Source of the DNA: Cereibacter sphaeroides 2.4.1
Lineage (GTDB): Bacteria > Pseudomonadota > Alphaproteobacteria > Rhodobacterales > Rhodobacteraceae
NCBI RefSeq assembly: GCF_000012905.2
Contig: NC_007493.2
Coordinates: 2,700,001-2,732,000 of the forward strand
Direction: 5' to 3'
Length of the DNA: 32,000 nucleotides
Part shown: positions 1 to 8,161 of the stretch, piece after piece
How positions within the stretch are numbered: the stretch's first letter is position 1
Layout: each line of letters begins with the position of its first letter
The notes under the pieces: model-generated
Told to the model about the DNA's origin: nothing
What the model saw: only the letters and a program-made list of their open reading frames with translations
The model's database searches: none
Made by a program: the position numbers and the translations under genes

Positions 1-273
1 AAGGCCGCCGAGGCCGATGCGCTGCCGATCACGCCGCGCATGTCGCCGCGCCACGAGGCCGAGGCGCAGTCCCTGCGCGGGGCGGATGACCAGATGTTCG
101 ACGACCTGTATCTTGCAGGCCAGCGACGCGCCATCGACGAGGAGGTCACGCTCTATCAGGGCTTCGCCACCGCAGGTCAGGAAAGCGCGCTGCGCGAGAC
201 GGCGGGCGAGCTTCTGCCGCGTATGGTGGCCGGACAGGAACAGGTCCGCGCCCTTGCCGCGCCGCGCGGCTGA
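1..273 (+). CDS. 3' end of a hypothetical protein, open at the window edge (weak resemblance to DUF4142-type helical proteins)
   Basis: Frame 1 is open from nt 1 to TGA at 271-273. Third codon positions are almost all G/C, as in the confident genes here. Track ORF 40..273 is the in-frame tail. The family guess rests only on the remembered FDxxY...LP pattern. Confidence 0.5.
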   Translation, partial: KAAEADALPITPRMSPRHEAEAQSLRGADDQMFDDLYLAGQRRAIDEEVTLYQGFATAGQESALRETAGELLPRMVAGQEQVRALAAPRG

Positions 274-291
274 CCTCTCCCTCGGATGATC

Positions 292-318
292 GCTCCGGCC
301 GCGAGACGCAGCCGGAGC
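292..318. terminator. GC hairpin between convergent genes (possible bidirectional terminator, no clear U-tract)
   Basis: gctccggc (292-299) pairs with gccggagc (311-318) around an 11-nt loop. It lies between the stop at 273 (+) and the otsA stop at 326 (-). Confidence 0.25.
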
Positions 319-325
319 GCGCCCG

Positions 326-1738
326 TCAATCGCTCTCTCGGGTGAGGGCACCGTTGTCCTCGGGCGCCTCGTTCAGGGCGGCGAGGAACGTGCGGCACCA
401 CCAGAGCACATCGTGGGACTCGAGATGATCCATCATGCGCCGCCAGCGCGCGATCCGCTCGTCGAGCGGCATCGAGAGCGCACGGCCGATGGCCCCCGCC
501 GTCTGCTCGGTGTCGTAGGGGTTGATGAAGATGGCCCCGTCCAGTTCGCGCGCGGCGCCCGCGAAGCGCGAGAGGATGAGGACGCCCGGATCGGCCGGAT
601 CCTGCGAGGCCACATATTCCTTGGCCACCAGGTTCATCCCGTCGCGGAGCGGCGTGACGAGCCCCACTTTCGCCAGCCGGTAGAGGCCCGCCAGCACAGG
701 CCGGGTGAGCGACTGGTTCACATAGCGGATGGGCACCCACTCGATGGTGCCGTGCGCGCCGTTCACCCGGCCGCAATGCGACTCCACCTGCCCCTGCATC
801 TCGAGATACTCGGGCACGTCCGAGCGCGAGTGGGGCGCCACCTGCAGCAGCGTGACCTTGCCCGCCTGATCGGGATTGCGCATCAGATACCGCTCGAACG
901 CGTCGATCCGCGCGGCGATGCCCTTGGAATAGTCGAGCCGGTCAACCCCGATGATGAGCGAACTGCCATGCAGGCTCTGCTGCATGTCGGTGACCAGATC
1001 GAGCCCGTCCGTCTTGGCCGCGAGCCGCGCGAAATCCCCGGTCTCGATGCCGATGGGGAAGGCCGCGGCCGCCACCTCCTTGTCGAAGGCGCGGAGCCAG
1101 CCCGGCGTCGACCAGTCGCCCCAGCCCTCGCGGCGCAGACAACCCACGAAATTGTCGAGATCGTAGTCGGTCTGGAACCCCACGAGGTCGTAGGCCGCAA
1201 GGCCCCGCATGATGATCTCGTAGACCGGCAGAGCGGTCAGGATGTCGGCCGGGGGCCATGGAATGTGGAGGAAGAAGCCGATCCGGTTGCGCACGCCGCG
1301 CTTGCGCAGCTCCTGCGCCAGCGGGATCAGGTGGTAATCATGCACCCAGATCACGTCGTCGGGCTCGAGCATCGGCACCAGACGGTCGGCGAACAGGCGA
1401 TTGACGCGGAAATAGCCCGCCATCTCCTGCCGCGCATATTCGGCCAGATCGAGACGGCAGTGGAAGATCGGCCAGAGCACCCGGTTGGCGAAGCCGTTGT
1501 AATATTCGTCGAGGTCCGCCTGCGAAAGGTCGGTCAGCACATAGCTGATCTTGTCCTGCTCCAGCGTGGTCAGGCCCTGCGGCTCCTCCTCGCCGGTCGA
1601 GCGGCCCGACCAGCCCATCCAGATCCCGCCGTTCTTGCGCAGCGCGGCATGGACGGCGACGGCCAGCCCGCCGGGCGGCGGGTTGCCGTTCTCGTCCGGC
1701 AGCGGCACGCGGTTCGAGACGACGACGAGACGACTCAT
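326..1738 (-). CDS. otsA: alpha,alpha-trehalose-phosphate synthase (GT20)
   Basis: Internal start MSRLVVVSNRVPLP of track ORF 326..2437, with ATG at 1738-1736. GT20 hallmarks are present (WVHDYHLIPLAQELR, FFLHIPWP, DGMNLVAKEY). The ATG overlaps the otsB stop (ATGA at 1738-1735). 470 aa. Confidence 0.95.
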   Translation of the reverse strand: MSRLVVVSNRVPLPDENGNPPPGGLAVAVHAALRKNGGIWMGWSGRSTGEEEPQGLTTLEQDKISYVLTDLSQADLDEYYNGFANRVLWPIFHCRLDLAEYARQEMAGYFRVNRLFADRLVPMLEPDDVIWVHDYHLIPLAQELRKRGVRNRIGFFLHIPWPPADILTALPVYEIIMRGLAAYDLVGFQTDYDLDNFVGCLRREGWGDWSTPGWLRAFDKEVAAAAFPIGIETGDFARLAAKTDGLDLVTDMQQSLHGSSLIIGVDRLDYSKGIAARIDAFERYLMRNPDQAGKVTLLQVAPHSRSDVPEYLEMQGQVESHCGRVNGAHGTIEWVPIRYVNQSLTRPVLAGLYRLAKVGLVTPLRDGMNLVAKEYVASQDPADPGVLILSRFAGAARELDGAIFINPYDTEQTAGAIGRALSMPLDERIARWRRMMDHLESHDVLWWCRTFLAALNEAPEDNGALTRESD

Positions 1739-2517
1739 GCGCCGAGCTCCGCCACGAGGTCGCGGAGCGCCTGCGGCGAGGCGAGCCGCGCCCGGGCCAG
1801 CGTCGGCGCCTCGGTCTCGCAGATCCGCACCGAGAGGCCGCCGCAGGCATTGACCACCCGGAACATCTCCTCGTCGGTCACGTCGTCGCCTATCGCAACG
1901 GGCCTCCGCCCGGCGAAGGGCGGCTCCGTCAGAAAGGCCTCGAGCGCCGTGCCCTTGTTGGCCGAGGCCGGCCGCAGTTCCACCACCATCTTGCCGTGCT
2001 GCAGCACCCAACCGTCTCCCATCACCTTCAAAGCCATTTCCATCATCGCCCGCACATCGGGCTCGCGTTCGGGCGCCTGCCGGTAATGCAGCGCCACCGC
2101 AGCCACCTTGTCCTCGAGGAGGACGCCGGGCATCCGCGCCGTGCGCCGACCCAGATCCTTGCGCAGCGCGTTCAGGGACGGCGCGAGGCCCGCGCGGTCG
2201 AGTTCTCCCGAGGCGCGGCGGCGCTCGACCCCGTGAAGACCCGCGGCAGGAAAGAGATGCGGCCCGAAGTGGGCGTCGATCCAGTCGACCCGCCGCCCGG
2301 TCACGAGAGCCAGAGCCCCCCCGAGCCGGTCGGCCAGTCGCGCCAGATCCTGCGGCAGACTCGCGGCCACGCGCACGTCGTGCGGCTGCTCGGCGATGTC
2401 GACCAGCGTCCCGTCGATGTCGAGAAAGAGCGCCCACTCGTCGGGCGCATCGCGCAGCGCGGATCGCAGGACCGCCGCGCCGTCATCTTGGTCGGGATGC
2501 AGGGCAGGTTGGTGCAT
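1735..2517 (-). CDS. otsB: trehalose-phosphatase (HAD superfamily)
   Basis: Track ORF, 260 aa. HAD motif I is FLDIDGTLVDI and the C-terminal motif is AIGDDVTDEEMF. GGAGG lies 4 nt upstream of the ATG at 2517. Translationally coupled to otsA. Confidence 0.9.
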   Translation of the reverse strand: MHQPALHPDQDDGAAVLRSALRDAPDEWALFLDIDGTLVDIAEQPHDVRVAASLPQDLARLADRLGGALALVTGRRVDWIDAHFGPHLFPAAGLHGVERRRASGELDRAGLAPSLNALRKDLGRRTARMPGVLLEDKVAAVALHYRQAPEREPDVRAMMEMALKVMGDGWVLQHGKMVVELRPASANKGTALEAFLTEPPFAGRRPVAIGDDVTDEEMFRVVNACGGLSVRICETEAPTLARARLASPQALRDLVAELGA

Positions 2518-2683
2518 GAAGCCTCCAGCGAAGTTGCGGACAGAAGGGAACGCTTCAGAGGCCGATCGGGTTCACGGAAAAGTGGGCGAACTCATGGAAA
2601 AGGCGCTCCGCGAGGGCGGAGGAGCCTTGTTCCGCGGGGATCTCGCGCCGCCGGCGCGACCGGAGGCCGCAGGGCCGGCCGCC

Positions 2684-4294
2684 TCAGCGTCCGCCCGTCG
2701 CCAGAACCTCCCGCGCGATCCGCAGCAGGAAGTCCGGCAGCACGTCGAAGGCATAAGGCGCATGCAGGCGCTCGAGCGGCGTGTGATAGGACCGCCCCCA
2801 CGGCCCCACATTCACCGCAGGCAGGTTGGCGATCCGCCCGCTCCAGCCTGTGGCGCCCCAGGCCAGCGTGTTCGCCGCCATGAAGGGCACCTCCGACGCA
2901 TCCCCCTCGCCGAAGAAGGAGAGGTCCGAGATGCCGGGGAAGAACTCCATGGTCCCGATCCGGCAGCCATGCGCGGCCTCGACCGCGGCGCGGGCCCGGT
3001 CGAGCGCGGCCCGCAGGCCCTGCGCCTCGGGCCCGTGACCCAGATGCACCGGCAGGTAGGGGAGCGCGCCGAAGCCCAAAAGGATGGCCGGCCCCGAGCG
3101 GCCCGAAAGCCGCCAGGCCTCCTCGGCGAGCAGCCGGTTCTGGTCGGGCAGCGACAGCCCCTCGCTGCCCAGAGCCGTCGCGCGGGCGGCGAGCCGCTCC
3201 GCCGCCGCCTCGGGAAGGCTCGCCGCCAGCTCCGCAAGGGTCGAGACCGGGATGCCTGGCACCTCGGCCGGTCGGCCCGTCACCGCCTCCTGCCGGGCCG
3301 CGAGGGCCGCGGCCAGACCCGCCGCCGCCTCGAGCGCGATGGCCCGGAAGGCGCCGAGCGTGGCCATCGCGCCCCGCCCCTGCGAGAGCACGTTCCAGGT
3401 CGCGAAGACCGTGGCGGGCGTGGTCACGTCGTAGCCCTCGCGCCCGTCGCGCAGGCTGAGAAGGACGGGCGGGATCCCGGCCGCACCCTCCTGCCCGTCC
3501 GCAAGCTCGGGCGCCCATTCCGCCCGCGCCACCAGCGCCGCGGCGATGGCGCCTGCATTCAGCCCCTCATAGGGCTGGCTCGCATGGGCGGGCACGCCCG
3601 CGACGAGCGCGGTCACCAGAAGCTTGCCCACGCTGCCCAAGGCCACCACCTGCCCGAGGCTGCCGTCGCCCTCGTCGGTCACGCAGTCGCAGTTGATCGC
3701 GGCCCGGACCGCAAGGCCCCTCTCGGCCGCGATCTGCGGCAGCGCCTCGGCCAAGGCCCGCGCGCCGACCGAAGTCACCTCCTCGTCCGGCACCGCGACA
3801 AAAAGGAGGTTGCCCGCGCGCTCGGGTCCGGCGGCCCAGAGTTCCAGCGCCGCCAGCGCCGCGCCGAGACCCGCCTTCATGTCGAGAAGCCCCCGCCCCG
3901 GCAGGAAGTCCCCCGACTCGAGATCGGCCTTCGCCAGCCGCTCGGCGCTGGTGCCGGGGCTCGCCAGACGGCGCAGGAGCGCCCCCGCGAGCGCCTCGGG
4001 CTCGCAGGCCACCGGCTGGAGATCGCCGTAGTCCGCATCCGTCACCGTGTCGAAATGGCCCGTCAGCAGGACAGTATCGGGCCCCTGCCCGCGCACGAGC
4101 ACGGCGCAGCATTCCCGCCCCAGCGCATCGCCGCAGCCGATGGTCCAGACCTCGGCCCCGGCGAGGGCGGGCGTGGCCCGGATCCGCTCGGCGAGCCTCT
4201 GCGCCAGCGCCGCCTCGCCGGGCGTGCCCGTGACCGACCGTTGCCGCGTCAGCCACAGCGCCCAGTCCCGGGCGCGGTCACGATAATGGGCCAT
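2684..4294 (-). CDS. M20/M25/M40 family metallo-hydrolase (RocB-like, 536 aa)
   Basis: Internal start MAHYRDRARDW of track ORF 2684..4612, with ATG at 4294-4292 preceded by AGGAGAGAGAC. Contains LLTGHFDTV (metal-binding H-x-D) and VAVPDEEVTSVGA (PDEE), typical of M20 enzymes. Confidence 0.85.
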   Translation of the reverse strand: MAHYRDRARDWALWLTRQRSVTGTPGEAALAQRLAERIRATPALAGAEVWTIGCGDALGRECCAVLVRGQGPDTVLLTGHFDTVTDADYGDLQPVACEPEALAGALLRRLASPGTSAERLAKADLESGDFLPGRGLLDMKAGLGAALAALELWAAGPERAGNLLFVAVPDEEVTSVGARALAEALPQIAAERGLAVRAAINCDCVTDEGDGSLGQVVALGSVGKLLVTALVAGVPAHASQPYEGLNAGAIAAALVARAEWAPELADGQEGAAGIPPVLLSLRDGREGYDVTTPATVFATWNVLSQGRGAMATLGAFRAIALEAAAGLAAALAARQEAVTGRPAEVPGIPVSTLAELAASLPEAAAERLAARATALGSEGLSLPDQNRLLAEEAWRLSGRSGPAILLGFGALPYLPVHLGHGPEAQGLRAALDRARAAVEAAHGCRIGTMEFFPGISDLSFFGEGDASEVPFMAANTLAWGATGWSGRIANLPAVNVGPWGRSYHTPLERLHAPYAFDVLPDFLLRIAREVLATGGR

Positions 4295-4626
4295 GTCTCT
4301 CTCCTGCTCGTCCGCCGGATCGCCTGCCCGGCTGTGTCTTGTCCGCCCGCACGGTTCTCGTGCGCCGCGCCCCGGCCCATCCTGCGCCGAAGGCCGGGCG
4401 ACCGGAAGCCCCGCGCAGAGCGGGCAGTCCGAAGGCCGGCTTTCCCTGCGCGGGCTCTGCCCGCAGCTATTCCTGCGCCCCTCCGCCGGGAAGCGCCCGC
4501 CACGAAAGCGTGAGAGGGGGCGGCGTGATGTCGCCCATGGGCCGCAGCGTCGCCCTTCGGCTTGACGCACCCCCTGCCGGGCGGCAACGGTGAGGGCTGG
4601 CCCAGCTTGCATCTGAAGGAGGCACC

Positions 4627-4788
4627 ATGCCCGAAGTCTCAGAATTCGCCTTTCGCCTGATGATGGCCGCCGTCATCTTCGTCGGCGTCGGCATCATGTT
4701 CGCCTTCGCCGGCGGTCACTGGTTCGTGGGCCTCGTGGTGGGCGGCCTCGTCGCCGCCTTCTTCGCCGCGACCCCGAACAGCAACTGA
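4627..4788 (+). CDS. small hydrophobic protein, 53 aa, two predicted transmembrane helices (not in ORF track, below 60 aa)
   Basis: Hand translation gives [53 protein letters not shown], with TGA at 4786-4788. GAAGGAGG at 4614-4621 lies 5 nt before the ATG. Third codon positions are nearly all G/C. A hairpin terminator follows 60 nt downstream. Confidence 0.55.
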
Positions 4789-4848
4789 CGGCGCGCCCCC
4801 GGGCTCCGGCCCGACGAGCGAAAACGCCCCGATCACCAGAAGATCACA

Positions 4849-4883
4849 GGGCGCCGCCACGCAGCGGCGCCCTTTCCGTTTCC
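4849..4883. terminator. intrinsic terminator hairpin shared by convergent genes
   Basis: GGGCGCCGC (4849-4857), loop CACGCA, GCGGCGCCC (4864-4872), then TTTCCGTTTCC on the + strand. It sits 60 nt after the small ORF stop and 20 nt after the minus-strand stop at 4892. Confidence 0.6.
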
Positions 4884-4891
4884 GGGGCAGT

Positions 4892-5776
4892 TCAGCCCGG
4901 GGGCAGCGGGATCACATCGACGGCGTGGCTCGTCCTCTGTCGGCCCGCGATGCGCAGGATGCCCGAGACCGGCGCCACATCGCCGTAATCCCGGCCGACG
5001 GCCGCCACGATATGATCGGCCCCCGCGAAACAGCGGTTGGTCGGATCGTAGTCGATCCAGCCCTCGGCCCGGCCGCACCAGGCCCGCACCCAGGCATGCA
5101 TCGCATCCGCCCCTTCGAGCCGCGGGCGGCCGGGCGGCGGCACCGTCCGGAGAAACCCCGAGACATAGGCCGCGGGCACGCCTGCGCCGCGCAGCCCCGC
5201 AATCATGATCTGGGCGAAATCCTGACAGACACCGTGGCGGTGGGCGAAGGCCTCCTCGGGGGGCGTGTCGACCGAGGTCGCACTGCCGTCGAACCGCATC
5301 TCGCGGTAAAGCCGCTGGCCCAGAGCCTCGACCGCGCCGCGCACCGTGGCGGCCCCCGCCATCGCCTCGCGCGCATGGTCGGTGATGGCCGTCACCGGGC
5401 GGATGCGGGGCGAGGCGGGCAGGAAATGGTGCGGCGCGGCGGGGCCCAGATCCCGCACCGCCGCGATCTCGGCGGCCAGCGCCGCGAGCGGGCCCGAACG
5501 GTCGGGGCCCGGCCCCTCGAACAGCCGGTCCACCCTGCAGGCGGCGGTGAAGACGATCTCGGAATGGTCGCAGCCGATGGCCACCTCGACCGTCCGGTTG
5601 CCGAAGAAATCGGTGAACTCGCCCCGCTCAGCCGGACGCGGGCTGATGGCGATCATGTCCTGCGACACCTCCTGCAGGCCCGGCAGATGCGCGGGCAGCA
5701 GCCGCAGCAGGTGCCGCCCCCCCGAGGCGGGCCGGGCATAATGGTAGGTGACGGAGAGGCGGACCTGATAGAGCAT
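4892..5776 (-). CDS. transglutaminase-like cysteine peptidase family protein (Bact_transglu_N + transglutaminase core), 294 aa
   Basis: Track ORF. The N-terminus MLYQVRLSVTYHYARP is typical of Bact_transglu_N. A Cys/His/Asp set occurs in family order: HGVCQDFAQ, AMHAWVRAW, IDYDPTN. The ATG (5776-5774) directly abuts the TGA (5779-5777) of the upstream gene. Confidence 0.9.
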   Translation of the reverse strand: MLYQVRLSVTYHYARPASGGRHLLRLLPAHLPGLQEVSQDMIAISPRPAERGEFTDFFGNRTVEVAIGCDHSEIVFTAACRVDRLFEGPGPDRSGPLAALAAEIAAVRDLGPAAPHHFLPASPRIRPVTAITDHAREAMAGAATVRGAVEALGQRLYREMRFDGSATSVDTPPEEAFAHRHGVCQDFAQIMIAGLRGAGVPAAYVSGFLRTVPPPGRPRLEGADAMHAWVRAWCGRAEGWIDYDPTNRCFAGADHIVAAVGRDYGDVAPVSGILRIAGRQRTSHAVDVIPLPPG

Positions 5777-8161
5777 TCAGCGCAGCCAGCTGTCGGTGAT
5801 GAGGTCGGAAATCTCCCAGATCGCGCCGCGCAGCGCCCAGAGCGCCTCGGTATCGAGCTGCTCGGCCCGTTCGGTGGCAAGGTTGGTGCGGGTGCGCAGG
5901 ACGAGCCGGAGGAGGTCGGGCATCGGGCTCGCCGTGGCGCCGGGCAGAAGGCGCACCTGCTCCTCGATCCCGTCGAGCTGGAACAGGATCGAGCGCGGGT
6001 TCATCGCATCGAGCGCCAGCAGGTCCACCACCGTCTCGCGCGAGGTGGTGACGGCGAAGCGGCGGCGGTGGGTCATGACGCTGTCGCCCACCTCGACCGC
6101 CAGATCGAGCCCGCCATCGGGCGCGAACGGATCGGCCAGCGTGGCCAGCACCGCGGCCATGCCCGCCCCCCGCTCGACATGGCGGCCGAGCTCGAGAAAG
6201 CGCCAGCCGGTCACGCGATACATGTTCTCATGCACGAGGCCCGAGAAGCCGGTGATCTTGCGCAGGAGCGCCGACAGGGCGCGGGCCGCGTCGTCGCCGG
6301 GGGCCACCCGCTCGGCCATGCGCCGCATCGTCTTGTCGAGATCGGCGAGCGAGGACCAGCCGTCGGGCGAGAAGCGGTCGCGCACCTGCCCCGCGCTCGC
6401 GATGGCCGAGCGCAGGGTCTGAATCAGACCCTTGGGAATGCCCTCCTCGGGATCCACCCCCTGCCCGCGGAAGAGGGGCGCCAGCGCCGCGAGAAGCGGC
6501 GCACTCGCATCGCCCGTCTCGGCCAGCCGCACGTTGCGCGCCCGCAGGAGCCGCATGAGGCCCTCGGTGCGCTCGACGTAGCGGCCGAGCCAGAAGAGAT
6601 TGTCGGCCGACCGCGAGGGCAGCGCGCCCTCGCGCGCCTGAAGCTGGCGGCCCTGGGCGGGGATGAGGCTCGCCGCCTCGACCGGGGTCTCGCTCACGAT
6701 CCAGACATCGGCCGCGGCACCGCCGTGCTGCATCGCCACGGCCCGCGGCTCCGGCGTGCGGCCGATCCGGGCGAAGCCGCCCGGCATGACCTGCCAGCCC
6801 GACGGGGTGCGGGCCAGAAACACCCGCAGGCTCATCGGGCGCGGCACCAGCGCGCCGCCGATATGGGCGGGCGTGGTCGAGAGCACCACCGACTCCTGCC
6901 CCACGAGGCCCGCCCCCTCGCGCTCGAGCCAGGCCACCGGATCGCGCGGCGCGGGGCAGCCTTCGGCCAGCGCCGCCAGATCGTCCTCGATCGGCTGCCG
7001 GGTCGAGAGCGCGGGCGAGATCAGCATCCGGGACACGTTGGCCGCGACATGGGCGCGCTCGGCCTTCTGTCCGCACCACCAGGTGGCGATGTTGGGCAGC
7101 CGCAGCTCCTCGCCCAGAAGCGCGCGGGCGATGCGCGGCATGAAGGCCAGAAAGGCGCGGGTCTCGAGCACGCCCGAGCCGAGATTGTTCACGAGCGTCG
7201 TCGATCCGTGGCGCAGCGCCGAGACGAGGCCCGGCGTGCCGAGCTGCGAGCCGCCCTCCAGCTCCAAGGGATCCGCATAGGCGCCGTCGAGCCTGCGCCA
7301 GAGCACCGACACGGGCTCCGGCCCCGCCACGGTGCGGACCTTGAGTTGACCGCTGTCAACCGTCAGATCCTCGCCCTGCAGCAGCATGAAGCCCAGATAG
7401 CGCGCGATCCAGGCGTGCTCGTAATAGGTCTCGTTCAGCGGCCCCGGCGTGAGGATGCCCACCCGCCCCTGCGGATCGGCCTGCCACTCCTGCAGCGCGT
7501 CGCGGAAGGTGCGGAAGAAGCCCGCCAGCCGGTGGACATGGGCCTCGGCATAGAAGTCCGAGAAGACGCGCGAGGTAGCAACCCGGTTCTCGAGCGCGAA
7601 GCCCGCGCCCGAGGGTGCCTGCGCCCGGTCGCCCAGCACCCACCAGTCGCCGTCCGGGCCGCGGCCCACCTCGAAGGCCAGGAAATGCAGATGATGCCCG
7701 CCGCGCGGCGCGATGCCCACCATCGGGCGCAGCCACTCGGGGTTGCCCGCCACCAGCGCGGCCGGCAGGACCCCCTCGGCCACCAGCCGGTTCGCGCCGT
7801 AGAGATCCGCCATCAGCGCCTCGAGCAGATCCGCGCGCTGGATCAGCCCTTCGCCCAGACGCTGCCATTCCGCCTCGTCGATCAGCACCGGCACATGGCT
7901 CAGCGGCCAGGCGCGCTCGTCCGAGCCTTCGGCGGAATACTGGCGGAAGAACACGCCCGCATCGCGCAGATACTGGTCGCCGCGGGCGAAGCGGCGGTGG
8001 AGATCGTCGGGCGAGAGCCCCGCCAGATGGCGCAGGAAGCCGCGCCAGACCGGGCGGATCCCGCCCGCCGCATCCATCATCTCGTCGGGCACGCCGGGCT
8101 GGGGCCGGTAGCCGTCGGCCAGTCCGGTCAGGCCCGGCGCGAGGCGCGTCTTCCGCTCCAT
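5777..8161 (-). CDS. circularly permuted type-2 ATP-grasp protein fused to an alpha-E domain, 794 aa
   Basis: Track ORF. The ATP-grasp body carries the family-typical GSGVLETRAFLAFMPRIARALLGEELRLPNIATWWCGQ. The C-terminal third has the alpha-E signature LPSRSADNLFWLGRYVERTEG. The start ATG shares nt 8161 with the upstream stop (TGATG). Confidence 0.9.
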   Translation of the reverse strand: MERKTRLAPGLTGLADGYRPQPGVPDEMMDAAGGIRPVWRGFLRHLAGLSPDDLHRRFARGDQYLRDAGVFFRQYSAEGSDERAWPLSHVPVLIDEAEWQRLGEGLIQRADLLEALMADLYGANRLVAEGVLPAALVAGNPEWLRPMVGIAPRGGHHLHFLAFEVGRGPDGDWWVLGDRAQAPSGAGFALENRVATSRVFSDFYAEAHVHRLAGFFRTFRDALQEWQADPQGRVGILTPGPLNETYYEHAWIARYLGFMLLQGEDLTVDSGQLKVRTVAGPEPVSVLWRRLDGAYADPLELEGGSQLGTPGLVSALRHGSTTLVNNLGSGVLETRAFLAFMPRIARALLGEELRLPNIATWWCGQKAERAHVAANVSRMLISPALSTRQPIEDDLAALAEGCPAPRDPVAWLEREGAGLVGQESVVLSTTPAHIGGALVPRPMSLRVFLARTPSGWQVMPGGFARIGRTPEPRAVAMQHGGAAADVWIVSETPVEAASLIPAQGRQLQAREGALPSRSADNLFWLGRYVERTEGLMRLLRARNVRLAETGDASAPLLAALAPLFRGQGVDPEEGIPKGLIQTLRSAIASAGQVRDRFSPDGWSSLADLDKTMRRMAERVAPGDDAARALSALLRKITGFSGLVHENMYRVTGWRFLELGRHVERGAGMAAVLATLADPFAPDGGLDLAVEVGDSVMTHRRRFAVTTSRETVVDLLALDAMNPRSILFQLDGIEEQVRLLPGATASPMPDLLRLVLRTRTNLATERAEQLDTEALWALRGAIWEISDLITDSWLR

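Noticed and set aside
413-4513. Plus-strand ORFs 413..2086 (557 aa) and 2396..4513 (705 aa), plus nested minus-strand ORFs in other frames
   Set aside because: They are antisense or out of frame relative to otsA, otsB and the M20 hydrolase, which carry diagnostic motifs. Their composition is typical of high-GC shadow ORFs.
4528-4593. 21-codon mini-ORF (MSPMGRSVALRLDAPPAGRQR) with a GAGGGGG-like SD, as a possible leader peptide upstream of the small membrane ORF
   Set aside because: It shows no regulatory codon pattern and no obvious alternative terminator/antiterminator structures. It is indistinguishable from chance in GC-rich DNA. I mention it only for completeness.
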